Assembly: GCA_032718475.1 (NCBI GenBank)
Contig: JAUCBJ010001084.1
Location: forward strand, 1 to 46,713
From: Nemertoderma westbladi
Taxonomy: Eukaryota; Animalia; Xenacoelomorpha
Length of the DNA stretch: 46,713 bases
Reading direction: 5' to 3'
The notes under the pieces are model-generated. The model did not search any database. It was given only the letters and a program-made list of their open reading frames with translations, and was not told the DNA's origin. This document shows positions 9,944 to 22,379 of the stretch, piece after piece. Both the position numbers and the translations under genes were made by a program. The stretch's first letter is position 1, and each line of letters begins with the position of its first letter.

Positions 9944-12632
9944 TAAAGATACCTTGTTACAATCTAGTATTATTTGGCGCTCGCTCCCTCTCTTACTAAA
10001 GATACCCTGTTACAATCTAGTATTCTTTGGCGCTCGCTCCCTCTCTTACTAAAGATACCCTGTTACAATCTAGTATTCTTTGGCGCTCGCTCCTTCTCTT
10101 ACTAAAGATACCCTGTTACAATCTAGTATCCTTTGGCGCTCGCTCCTTCTCTTACTAAAGATACCCTGTTACAATCTAGTATCCTTTGGCGCTCGCTCCT
10201 TCTCTTACTAAAGATACCCTGTTACAATCTAGTATCCTTTGGCGCTCGCTCCTTCTCTTACTAAAGATACCCCGTTACAATCTAGTATCCTTTGGCGCTC
10301 GCTCCTTCTCTTACTAAAGATACCCCGTTACAATCTAGTATCCTTTGGCGCTCGCTCCTTCTCTTACTAAAGATACCCTGTTACAATCTAGTATCCTTTG
10401 GCGCTCGCTCCTTCTCTTACTAAAGATACCCTGTTACAATCTAGTATCCTTTGGCGCTCGCTCCTTCTCTTACTAAAGATACCCTGTTACAATCTAGTAT
10501 TCTTTGGCACTCGCTCCTTCTCTTACTAAAGATACCCTGTTACAATCTAGTATTCTTTGGCGCTCGCTCCTTCTCTTACTAAAGATACCCCGTTACAATC
10601 TAGTATCCTTTGGCGCTCGCTCCTTCTCTTACTAAAGATACCCTGTTACAATCTAGTATCCTTTGGCGCTCGCTCCTTCTCTTACTAAAGATACCCTGTT
10701 ACAATCTAGTATTCTTTGGCGCTCGCTCCTTCTCTTACTAAAGATACCCCGTTACAATCTAGTATCCTTTGGCGGTCGCTCCTTCTCTTACTAAAGATAC
10801 CCCGTTACAATCTAGTATTCTTTGGCGCTCGCTCCTTCTCTTACTAAAGATACCCTGTTACAATCTAGTATTCTTTGGCGCTCGCTCCTTCTCCTACTAA
10901 AGATACCCCGTTACAATCTAGTATCCTTTGGCGGTCGCTCCTTCTCTTACTAAAGATACCCCGTTACAATCTAGTATTCTTTGGCGCTCGCTCCTTCTCT
11001 TACTAAAGATACCCTGTTACAATCTAGTATTCTTTGGCGCTCGCTCCTTCTCTTACTAAAGATACCCCGTTACAATCTAGTATCCTTTGGCGGTCGCTCC
11101 TTCTCTTACTAAAGATACCCCGTTACAATCTAGTATTCTTTGGCGCTCGCTCCTTCTCTTACTAAAGATACCCCGTTACAATCTAGTATTCTTTGGTGCT
11201 CGCTCCTTCTCTTACTAAAGATACCCTGTTACAATCTAGTATTCTTTGGCGCTCGCTCCTTCTCTTACTAAAGATACCCCGTTACAATCTAGTATCCTTT
11301 GGCGCTCGCTCCTTCTCTTACTAAAGATACCCTGTTACAATCTAGTATCCTTTGGCGCTCGCTCCTTCTCTTACTAAAGATACCCTGTTACAATCTAGTA
11401 TTCTTTGGCGCTCGCTCCTTCTCTTACTAAAGATACCCTGTTACAATCTAGTATCCTTTGGCACTCGCTCCTTCTCTTACTAAAGATACCCTGTTACAAT
11501 CTAGTATCCTTTGGCACTCGCTCCTTCTCTTACTAAAGATACCCTGTTACAATCTAGTATCCTTTGGCGCTCGCTCCTTCTCTTACTAAAGATACCCTGT
11601 TAAAATCTATTATTCTTTGGCGCTCGCTCCTTCTCTTACTAAAGATACCCCATTACAATCTAGTATTCTTTGGCGCTCGCTCCTTCTCTTACTAAAGATA
11701 CCCCGTTACAATCTAGTATCCTTTGGCGCTCGCTCCTTCTCTTACTAAAGATACCCTGTTACAATCTAGTATTCTTTGGCGCTCGCTCCTTCTCTTACTA
11801 AAGATACCCCGTTACAATCTAGTATCCTTTGGCGCTCGCTCCTTCTCTTACTAAAGATACCCTGTTACAATCTAGTATTCTTTGGCGCTCGCTCCTTCTC
11901 TTACTAAAGATACCCTGTTACAATCTAGTATCCTTTGGCGCTCGCTCCTTCTCTTACTAAAGATACCCTGTTACAATCTAGTATTCTTTGGCGCTCGCTC
12001 CTTCTCTTACTAAAGATACCCCGTTACAATCTAGTATCCTTTGGCGCTCGCTCCTTCTCTTACTAAAGATACCCTGTTACAATCTAGTATTCTTTGGCGC
12101 TCGCTCCCTCTCTTACTAAAGATACCCTGTTACAATCTAGTATTCTTTGGCACTCGCTCCTTCTCTTACTAAAGATACCCTGTTACAATCTAGTATTCTT
12201 TGGCGCTCGCTCCTTCTCTTACTAAAGATACCCTGTTACAATCTAGTATCCTTTGGCGCTCGCTCCTTCTCTTACTAAAGATACCCTGTTACAATCTAGT
12301 ATTCTTTGGCGCTCGCTCCTTCTCTTACTAAAGATACCCCGTTACAATCTAGTATCCTTTGGCGCTCGCTCCTTCTCTTACTAAAGATACCCCGTTACAA
12401 TCTAGTATTCTTTGGCGCTCGCTCCTTCTCTTACTAAAGATACCCCGTTACAATCTAGTATTCTTTGGCGCTCGCTCCTTCTCTTACTAAAGATACCCTG
12501 TTACAATCTAGTATTCTTTGGCGCTCGCTCCTTCTCTTACTAAAGATACCCCGTTACAATCTAGTATCCTTTGGCGCTCGCTCCTTCTCTTACTAAAGAT
12601 ACCCTGTTACAATCTAGTATCCTTTGGCGCTC
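9944..12632. repeat. 53-bp satellite array, ~50.5 highly homogeneous copies
   Basis: Unit GATACCC(T/C)GTTACAATCTAGTAT(C/T)CTTTGGCGCTCGCTCCTTCTCTTACTAAA, period 53 (10001, 10054, ...), no spacers. Confidence 0.97.
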
Positions 12633-13196
12633 ATCCTAAAATATCCTAAAATAAATAAAATAAAACAATAATATCTAGTATCCTACAAAACCTGAACTAT
12701 TCGACCAGGCCTTTCAGTAACACCTTGCAACCCTTCTAACTCCCCTAGCGCCTTGAACTAGACTTCATGGAGTTATGGCATTCTAATAATAACTGCTTAT
12801 TTTTATTATTTCTTAATTTTACCTACATCAAAAACAAAAGCCTTATTAAATTTTACTAGAAATGGAGTATCGAGATTGGTCTTACCACAAATAAAGTTCT
12901 ACATCAAAACATTTCACCTACTTCAGTAGGTGAAATGTCCTATATAATGTCCTATATAATGAGTCATATATAATGTTACAATTTTTTTGGAATCGAATTT
13001 TCGATAAGCTTTCATTTTTAAATTGAATAATGATTGATTTGGGTTAATTCAACTCTTCGTTAATTATTATTTCAAGAATTAATTAATTCCTTATTAATTC
13101 ATTTTTTTCGTTCATTTATTCTCCTTATTTGTTGCATTGCGTTGCGTCACTAACTCACTCCTCCCGGTGGGGGGAGTGATCGGTGAGGGTCCCACC

Positions 13197-13292
13197 CAGC
13201 TCTACCGACCAGTGTGCGGACTCCACCACCCAGCTCTACCGACCCGGGTGCGGACTCCACCCCCCAGCTCTACCGACCCGGGTGCGGACTCC
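13197..13292. repeat. 34-bp tandem repeat x3 spanning the CC2D1 stop codon
   Basis: CAGCTCTACCGACC(CGG/AGT)GTGCGGACTCC at 13197, 13231 and 13265. Confidence 0.85.
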
Positions 13293-16200
13293 TCCTCCCA
13301 GGACGCGGCGACGCTCTCGGACTGAGTCCGCTCTTGGGCGACGTCCCCACTGGTTCCAGCAGCTGCGTGGCGCCAACTGACCCGTCCAACACCAACCACT
13401 GCTCGGTAACGGCCTCCGTATGCCGACCCACTATCGGGTCCCTCACTCTCGCCTTCACCTCAACCTTACCTCCTCCGGCCGCCTTCCTTCCATCCATCAA
13501 CCCCGCCGCTTCGTGGATAACAACTTTACTCTCCAACTCGGAGAGTTTAAACTGACAAGTTCCGATGAGTTTATCGCTTCGCAGGAATCCCCGTTCCTGG
13601 TAGACCTCGATTCGGGCAGATAGGCGCTTAATAGAACGCGCTAAACTCCGCGCCTTACGGTCGATACGACACATCATGTGGAAATCGTATCCAGGATTGT
13701 TTGAGTGTTTGACGGACCAACTTCGCCCCTCCTGGGGTTCCTCGTTGCTGGGATACGGCAGGGAGACCCGACAGTGGGTGTTGAGATCAGCCGGGGTCGT
13801 ACCCTCGCTCACAGGGAGGTTGACGCCTCGGATAATCACGATCTCGAGATCGGAATCGGCAAGATCTGCGTTGCTGCGAACCATGGTGAAGGTTCGCGAC
13901 TCGTACCGGAAGCGTGGGGGCGGGTCGCCGTGGATACGGGATGACGTCACGCGGTCCGCGTCTATGCGCACATGCTGGGCGAGTTTGTCGGCGCGCGAGG
14001 CGTTGGCCACGTCGCCCAACGAGGTGTAGTACTTGGAATTGTCGAGGCACTTCTGGAACTGGTGTTTGAGCACCGAGTCCAGCCGTTCGTACATGCTGAC
14101 CTGCTCGGAGCTGAGCGGGGCGCATTGGGAGGGATCCACGGAGGGGGCCGTTGACGTGATACACGGAGGCGGCACCTGACTCATGTCGACCAGTCGACCC
14201 GCTCGGACACCTTCGATCATCGAATCGATCCCCTTCGCGATACGGAGGAGTCTCAATGCCTCTTCCGAGTCTCCGCTCTTCTTGGCGGTTAGGGCCGCGC
14301 TTTTATATTGTTTCTGTCGCTCTTCCAGGAAGGTTAGCCGTTGGCTGGATCGGCGTTGAGGAGGCGCCGGTTGTGGCTGACGTTGGCGGGATTGTGATGC
14401 CGCTTGGCGAGGCTGTAGGGCTGCGGCACCTGCGTTTTGCGCCTGAATTTGTCTGGTTGGTGGCGCTGTGGCTGCAGGAGGTTGGCGAGGAGGCGTAACT
14501 CCGGTAGTTGTTGGCTGAACTGAAACCTGCAAATTAAAATTAAATATAATAATACATAAATTTGTATTTTCTCATCATTTTACCTCGTTATGATTTTTAT
14601 GAGCAAACTGTATAAGAATTGAGGGAAGGAGAAGTACACGGGTACACCCGTAATTATAATCCTCCTGTGATGGTTTGAAATCTCTATCGTAATCGCCATG
14701 TAAGGCGGACACATAAAGGTGGCAGACTGTAATTAAAATTGTTATTTTTGATTATATTGCTTACCTCGGTTACCTTAGCAAGGTCACATGTTAAACGGTC
14801 ATTAAATAATAGCCTCGTTGTTTTGCGATGAAATTGATAGTAAATTAGGAGATAATTTTGAATCATCATTACGGGCCAAAATCGAGAGACGATACTCTCA
14901 AGGCAAAGTTCAGTAAAAAAAAATTTAGTGGAAAGAAACAATCGCATCCAGTTCACTTACTTAATGGAATTTCGATTTAAAATAATGCCTAATAGAATAA
15001 TGTACCTGTAACAAGTGGCAGAGACCGGTTCAAGAAATATTCAATAATGAATGGGAGAATCTTTTATGCTCGCTAAGCTAAGGAATGCCTGTTCACCACC
15101 ATGGGTGATCTTCCACAGTGAACCCTTCCACTCTGTTTCCCAAGTTGCCTTGGTTCCCATTTATCGACCACTGAAGGATGATGGCCGGGGTTGCGCTGGG
15201 CTGCAGCACTTAAAGCACTGTGCCCAAATAGTGCTGCCCCCATCAAGGGATCGAACCACGGATCCCTAATTGGAAGCCTAGGAATGTCACCACTAGACCA
15301 AGCTGCTGCTTTTCAATATTCAACTCAAATTTAAATATTCAATAATAATCATTCGATAGTTAATATTAATTTGTCTAGCATTAAGCATTCTAGGGCTAAA
15401 GGAACAGCTTAGTTTTCGTTAAGCAGTAGGAATTGTTAAATATTTAATATAAATAATTAATATAAATGAATAATTATAACTCTAGGAATTGGCTTCAGCC
15501 AATCCATCTAGAACCTGGTACGGTATATGCTGTGGGAGTAAAGAAAATGGTTGGGTAGTGAGAGTATTGTACGTTGGGAGCTAGTGTGGCGGCCTCCCAG
15601 ACGTAGACCCACCTGTCTATCCCCGTCTATCCTCTGAACCTCCACCGATTCCTCAGTGCCAGGCAGCGGCGGGAACCCAGGCGGGGTCGGCAACTCGCTG
15701 TAATCCACAGCATTACCGGCTCGGTGACCCTTTATGGCGTCCTCGTACTGCTTAGCAACGCGGCCGAGACGCCGGGCCTTCCCTGACTCCCCGGCGCTCT
15801 GTGCCTCGCCGATTAGAGTCCGGTAGCGCGAGAGTCGTTGTTCGAGGTTCTCTGAGATAGAGAGTTGCTTGGGAGGGGTTTCCGGTGCCGGTGCCTGCTG
15901 CACAGACGGTGCAACCTGCTGCACCGTAGCCGGTGGACCAGTGCCCTGTAACAGTTGCCTCGGAGGCGGTGGGAGATCACTGAGATCCACTGGATCTCCG
16001 GCTTTTATTGCGGCAATCACAGGATCGAATTGTTTCAGTACCACCATCAGCTGTTTGGCGACGACCATATCACCGGATCTTTTAGCGGCAACAGCTGCTG
16101 AACGATATTCGGACTGGCGAGCTAATAGGAGCGGAGGTGGTGTGGTTGTGGTGGAGTGGGGTTGGGTGGTGGAGTGGGGTTGGGTGGTGGAGTGGGGTTG

Positions 16201-16974
16201 GGTGGTGGAGTGGGGTTGCGTGGTGGAAGGGGGTTGGGTGGTGGAAGGGGGTTGGGTGGTGGAAGGGGGTTGGGTGGTGGAGGGAGGTCGTCTTGCAGGT
16301 GCCTGGGAGGTAAGGAGAGGTTGGAGGTCGGGTGTTGGTTGCGAAGGATCCGGTGTTTCTAACTGGGGACTCCCTCGCCGCCCCTCGTCTACCCTCCTCG
16401 GTTGAGGGGGCGGCGGTGGAATGTCCCCCTCGTTTATCGGCTTCCCGGCCTGCGCCAGCCGCACCATCCCGTCCAGCGTGGTGATTGCGCGAGTGAAGCG
16501 GCGCGCTTTGGACGCGTCCTCCTCGACCTCCAGGGCGTTCCGGTATGCGGAACGCCGTTCCTCGACCACTTCCAAGACGTTCCCCAACCCGCTGACCTGC
16601 GGACGGCTGGTCGGAACAGTGATGTCTGCATTCATAACGGCCGTAGGCGGTTCCGCTTCAGTTATGGTCATTAGTTCGGCCATAAGTTCGGCATCGTCGT
16701 CGCTTTCATCGCTACCGATATCATCAATGTCTTTCATACACTCCTTGGCCATGGCGTCTATGGTTGCCATACCAACGGCATTGTCCTTCTGCGGCTTCCG
16801 TATGGGTGATTTTGAGTTCCCTCCCTGTAGAGCCGCCAGCTCAGCTTCGAGGTCGGAATCGTTATCGTTAAGACCATATGAATCATCATCCATGTCTGTA
16901 GATGTTGGTAACAATAACAAACCATGTCCTTGGCGTGGTTTTTCTGATGTCCTTGCTGGCTTCTTTTTTGGCAT
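13270..16974 (-). CDS. CC2D1: Coiled-coil and C2 domain-containing protein 1 (CC2D1A/B, Lethal giant discs); 2 exons 16974-15613 and 14526-13270, ~872 aa
   Basis: Four DM14-like repeats (e.g. LLARQSEYRSAAVAAKRSGD...DLSDLPPPP; FLEERQKQYKSAALTAKKSGD...VPPP) followed by a C2 domain (LEIVIIRGVNLP...GFLRSDKLIG...GRKAAGGGKVEVKARVRDP). Phase-0 intron CAG|GTGGGT ... TTTGCAG|GTT; the donor is the best of three in-frame GT options. Confidence 0.9.
15045..15310 (-). mobile_element. tRNA-derived SINE in the CC2D1 intron
   Basis: Minus strand: A box TGGTCTAGTGG, B box GGTTCGATCCC, central GCCATCATCCTTCAGTGGTCGATAAATGGGAACC resembling a conserved animal SINE body domain. Candidate TSD AATATTCAA at 15036-15044 and 15315-15323. 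Confidence 0.75.
16146..16283 (-). repeat. Coding 18-bp tandem repeat (STTQPP/STTQPH, ~8 units) in CC2D1
   Basis: Plus-strand unit GGGTGGTGGA(GT/AG)GGGGTT; in frame in the linker between DM14 repeats 1 and 2. Confidence 0.9.
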
Positions 16975-17245
16975 GTCTGTCAGTCTGTTGTTTCTATTTT
17001 CAAGTTCAATAAAACACGATTGACAATATCAGAATATTTAATATGAATTTATTTATTAGGCATACCGGCTGTGCGGCTGACCGGTACCGCAAGTCTGGTT
17101 GTCGAAAATGATTAGTTAGTAGAATTTAATAACAGTCAGACTACTGGACTAAGTCCAGTTGTGTAGATTTTCTACAAAGCTTTATCATATTACTTAAAAT
17201 TTGAAACACAACTAGTTCCACTCCCCGTCGTTGACCGTGTACAGT

Positions 17246-17720
17246 ACAGTTTTAATTAGGGTTGAGGCCGCCACTACTGTAACCAGCGAGTTTCATACAG
17301 TATAAAAATCCCTGTTGTTCATTTTGACCTGTTGTACCCTTATATTATACTATACCCTTGTTGTACCCTTAGATTATGACTTAAGGTTAGGGTTCTGGGT
17401 TACGTGACAGTTTTAATTAGGGTTGAGGCCGCCACTACTGTAACCAGCGAGTTTCATACAGTATAAAAATCCCTGTTGTTCATTTTGACCTGTTGTACCC
17501 TTATATTATACTATACCCTTGTTGTACCCTTAGATTATGACTTAAGGTTAGGGTTCTGGGTTACGTGACAGTTTTAATTAGGGTTGAGGCCGCCACTACT
17601 GTAACCAGCGAGTTTCATACAGTATAAATGTAAATGTTGGAAATTCCGCTAAATTTCTTACAATATGACTTAGGCTTAGGGTTAGCGGTTAGAGTTAAAC
17701 GACAGTTTTAATTAGGGTTA
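17246..17720. repeat. 161-bp tandem repeat (2.4 exact copies plus a partial degenerate copy) with TTAGGG-like motifs
   Basis: ACAGTTTTAATTAGGGTT starts at 17246, 17407 and 17568, and again at 17702. Confidence 0.9.
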
Positions 17721-18137
17721 ACCTTAACCTTAACAGGTTAAGGAGGTAAGGACTGACCAACAAACCCTAACCATACCAAAATACAGAAATAATAAACCAA
17801 ATATACCCATATTGCCATAATATACAATCCGCTATAGCTTCAACAAATTAACTGTACAAACTTGTAAATTAATAAAAATGTACCGGTCTGCCGGTACAGC
17901 GGTAGGCCTAGTATTTTGTATTGCTGCTGTATTGCATTTGTAGGTACCCGAAACGTGACTGTACCAATTGGCACAGGTGTATGGGTGTAGGTAATTACCA
18001 TAACTTTCATTTTTTAAGGGGAACCAACTTTGCAACATTATTTATCTGTCCCATATTACCATGTCAACAGGAGGTCATTTCCAAAAGTCCACTTTCCAAT
18101 AAACCTACAGTCTTCTAAACTTGACCTACCCCCCACT

Positions 18138-19005
18138 GTAACCATGGTCACAAGTCACAAATTATATCCCGCCAAATTTAATATAGTTCCGAACTATCTA
18201 AATAAAATCCATTCTGGATATAGTGTCTTACATGTTGCCAATTCCAGACAATTACTTTCCGACCATTCAAGTTTGCCTATGTTGCCATGGTAACTGATAA
18301 CATTTGAAATGTGGAGAAAATTTTAAAAGAATAACATGTTCAGTTTACTTCAATATTGATCATATGCACGTACATTAGATCCTCATTACATAATAAAGGT
18401 CTATGACCACAAGCACAGTCAATATAGTTGCCATAGCAACGGGTATGTTTCATTATATATGTACTTTCGCTTTCTTATTTTTTCTTATTTTCATATTTAA
18501 CAGGTAATTATTATATTCTTGATTTGATATATTTGATTCTTGATGGAAATAATTAATCATGACCATACAGTAGCAACGGGAGATTTCCCACTTATACACT
18601 AATTGCGAGGTGGAATTTCTCCAAATTTTGTGAAATATGAATCCCGCAGTATATAGAAACATATTATGGACAACAATTTCAAAATTAATTTATGTTTACT
18701 TACTATACTTGCATAGCAACGAAGGTTTTCAATAGCAAACATAAAGTTTTTCACTGTACAGTATTCTTACCAAAAACAAGTTTTCTGCACCAGTATAAAG
18801 CTTTCCATAGCAACGGCGGGTTTTGCGTAGTAACGGTAAGTTTTACATAGCAACGACGAATTTACCATAGCAACCTGGATTATATGTTAGCAACAGAGCG
18901 TTTTTGACAGCAATAACAAGTTTTTTCTTAGAGTGTTATACATATGAATGGCAATAGGCCTACAGTACAGTATATCCTTAGCAACAGCGATTTTTTCATG
19001 GCTAC
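18138..19005. promoter_or_regulatory. Cluster of RFX X-box and half-site motifs, possibly transposon-borne
   Basis: GTTGCCATGGTAAC (18281-18294), GTTGCCATAGCAAC (18427-18440), GTAACCATGGTCAC (18138-18151) and several further (CA)TAGCAAC half-sites. Function not shown. Confidence 0.4.
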
Positions 19006-19634
19006 GACGAATTTTAATAAGATGTCAATGAGTCATGAAACATGAAAATATTAATAGGGGACTGTAGGCAAGATACTACCGTTGGATTGGAACATAACCC
19101 CAATTATACAGTAGAGGTACAGTAGCTACTAGGTGAACGTGTGTTGATTGATCTATTTTTAGCTTCGTTGCAAAGAGGTGGAAATGTAAATTCCCTCATT
19201 TAACGGTAGGGGTGTATATTAAAGATTCAGATTTGTAATACAGATCAGTAGAATTAAAGGTTGATCAGAACTGTAGGCCTACTTTGATTATAAATCATTA
19301 TCGTTCTTTATAGATGTTCTTGTTCTTCATTGGGGGTATCCGATCCGGCCGGAATTTACTGCACCAATATCCCGCATCGCCAGAACCTGTTATATTGACT
19401 TAGTTTATTGTTTTGGTGAGGTATCCCGCTCCTTTCCCTAAATTGAGACGATAAATTAATTAGCAGAGATGGAATTTTCTTCGACCCCCCCCCCCCCCCC
19501 CCCCTTGCCTATCTCAGAAAGCAGAAAGTCATATATCAAATGTCATAGATCCCTCAAATTTCCTGTTCTTATTCCATATTCTTCTAGAAAGCACAGGGTT
19601 CTCCGAGTTGCTAATAATTATCTATAAAAATAAA

Positions 19635-21873
19635 ATGTTTTCCTTCCGGTAAAACGTGAATATTCACGAAGTTACATTATCGGATCAGTGGTATGAGGCC
19701 CGCCCGTCCAAGAAATACGTTGTCTATGTGACCAGTTCTATACTACTGTACTCCACATTTGGTATTTCCAAGCCCGTTCCCTTAGTGAGTGACACATTTT
19801 CAATTTACTCAATTCCAATTATTAATTGTGAATTTCAATGATAATTTATAACAATAATTAGCCCTATAATTGAAACTACATAAGAGCAAAGCCATGAGGT
19901 TTTCATTGAATAATTTGACTGACCTAAGAGCAGTCGGATATATTTCTACTTGTCATTTTGTAAAAACAAATGAAAAATTTACTGTTTATTTGTAATTTAA
20001 CAACTTCGCTCTGAGTAGTGGCCAGTACTGTAGGGCCGTAGATATTCTATAGATTGCCATTGTCTGTCGATAAAGAGTGTCAAAATTGTTTTGCACAAAA
20101 TAATCATTGCGTACTTTGAAATTAATTAATAATTAATAATAAACATTAGTTGATTAGTTTCTTCTGACGGGCTAACTTTCATAACGCCTGCATTATTATG
20201 CAAGTTAGTATAAGGTTTAAGAAAAAAAAAACAACACAAATCAACTTATATAATTACCGGTATAAAATACATTGCGCGTTTGTGCGCTTAGGGAATTATT
20301 ACAGAATTTATATAAATAAAAACCATAATATTTTACTAAATAACATTCACAAGAATGAAGACGTGTTTCGTTCCACTATTGTTATGGTGTATAATAATAT
20401 ATATACATAGCGGCGACGCTTGTAAATACCCCTTCTCTATAGACGAAAACGAACCAACTGTTGCCGAATTCAAAATAGCAATACGTCAAAGGTAAGAGTA
20501 AGTTATAAAGTTAATAGAATTATAGTACTAAGTACTGTGCGGGTTTTATACAGTATTGTTACTGTAGTGCTCAAATCATTATATCTGATTATCAAACTCG
20601 TGTCTTTTAGTTTGGATGAGGAAGGTGTCGCCATCGATCTAGTAGATGATAGCGACAATACAATCATTGGGTTTAACATTCGCCAAGATACTATCGGAAT
20701 AAATAGCAAGGTGGATGGCGTTTGGGACAGCGATGTAAAGACATTGCGTGACTACCCACGGGGTTTGATCGGCGGTAAACCCTTTCTAGTAAGTTGGAAA
20801 CAACCTACAATATTGCAAATAAGTTTATATATATAGATACAATACAGATCTAATATTACCTACAATATAGAAAAAGCTAGTTTGGCTCGGGAACTCGTAT
20901 ATGCCATTCCATAGCAACCGTGGTGCACGACGGGCTCCATTCCTCCATATAATTCAGTAGAATATCTAACCAAATAATACAATTCTTGTTCACCAAGTTT
21001 GACTTAATTTCACTACAACCTTTTTATTAACTCTCAACATATCTGACGGTTTGCTACTGGTACCGCTACGTTGAAGCTCACTCCTCAGTCGCGGTTCGCC
21101 TACTGTACACAAAATATATATCAAACAGATACATGGCATTGCTTTATCCATAAATCAAAGTAAGAGGGGAGTGGACACAAATTAACAGGAAAATTAGTTT
21201 GTTGTTTTGGTTAGAAGCATACTTTATAGGTGTAAGAGTTGTGGTTCTAGGGGGCTGCCCCCCCCCCCCCCCCCCCCCAGTAAAATAGTCGGGGGGGGGG
21301 GGGGGGGGTATAATCAGAGAGGGACGGCGAGTGGCGAAAAAATAAAATCAAAAGAGTTCACAAACGAGAGATGGAGAAATATAAATTTAATAAAAATTTG
21401 AAAAGCAAAAATATGAATTCGAAACATTTATAATGAATTTAAATTTATAATGAGTTAACAACCGTAAATTTGTAACAACCAATTTCAAGGGCTACCGCGG
21501 TACTGGACTTGAGAGAAACGAAATTGCGACAACCATGGAGAACTGGGAAGCCTGAAAGAACAACATTTCTACTGTCCCTTTCTCGCTCGACCTACTGTAG
21601 TAGTAGGCCTAGTAATATTCTCCTATAATGGCATCAACCCCCCCCCCCCCCCCCCCCCTACCAAATTTAATATGCCACCCCATGTTTATAATAACAATTT
21701 ACATTATTTTATACCAGCTGAAGATCAAAGCCAAAAATGATAAGTTCAGGATTTACCTCAATGGCATCCACTACACCAACTTCCCGATTCGCTATCCAAC
21801 AGAGAGTTTCAACTGCTTCAAAATCCGTGGGGAGCTTTCCGTTCTAAAATACAATTTATCCAGAAAAATTTAA
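19635..21873 (+). CDS. Galectin-like single-CRD protein; exons 20411-20491, 20611-20788, 21718-21873, with a tentative first coding exon 19635-19648 (~142 aa)
   Basis: AG/GT-bounded, phase-compatible exons give GDACKYPFSIDENEPTVAEFKIAIRQSLDEEGVAIDLVDDSDNTIIGFNIRQDTIGINSKVDGVWDSDVKT...GKPFL|LKIKAKNDKFRIYLNGIHYTNFPIRYPTESFNCFKIRGELSVLKY, which fits the galectin fold pattern. The 5' end is uncertain (weak GTAAAA donor). Confidence 0.72.
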
Positions 21874-22379
21874 ATTACTTAACTTTAAGTGCATGTTGAT
21901 GTAATCATACAGTAGTTGATGAAATTATGTAGCCTATAAATGTTGGTGTAATAAATTAATAATACATTTATCATGTATCCCGTTTACTGTGTTATTCTTA
22001 TTAACTCGTCCTGGATTTGTCCACAAATATTTATGATAATATCAAATGACATTAAAAACGGACAAATAATTTTGTCCGTTTAATTAGTATTGTAAGTGTA
22101 CCCCATCACATACGACCACAAACAACAGGATATCTGTAAGATAAAGGAAATATAGTAAGTTAAAATGTAAATAGATTCTGCATCATAAAATTTAATAAAC
22201 TAGAAACTTTTAAAATACAAATAAAAGCATAAAAAAACACTCAATATTATATGATACCAAAACGAAACAGATTGTTATGAAACAAATGCAAAATGATAGA
22301 AAAATATAAAACAAACCAATAACGAAAAGTACTGTATGGGTGTGTGTGGCTTACAGACGGGACTCCTTAACTAATGTTC

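Noticed and set aside
9944-12632. CRISPR-like regular array
   Set aside because: Units abut with no unique spacers, there are no cas genes, and the context is eukaryotic; it is a satellite.
15508-15612. C-terminal tail of the 488-aa ORF (also 24370-24399 of the 1190-aa ORF)
   Set aside because: Read-through into introns past GT donors; the proteins continue in downstream exons.
17380-17770. Interstitial telomere
   Set aside because: Only scattered degenerate TTAGGG-like hexamers, not a (TTAGGG)n tract.
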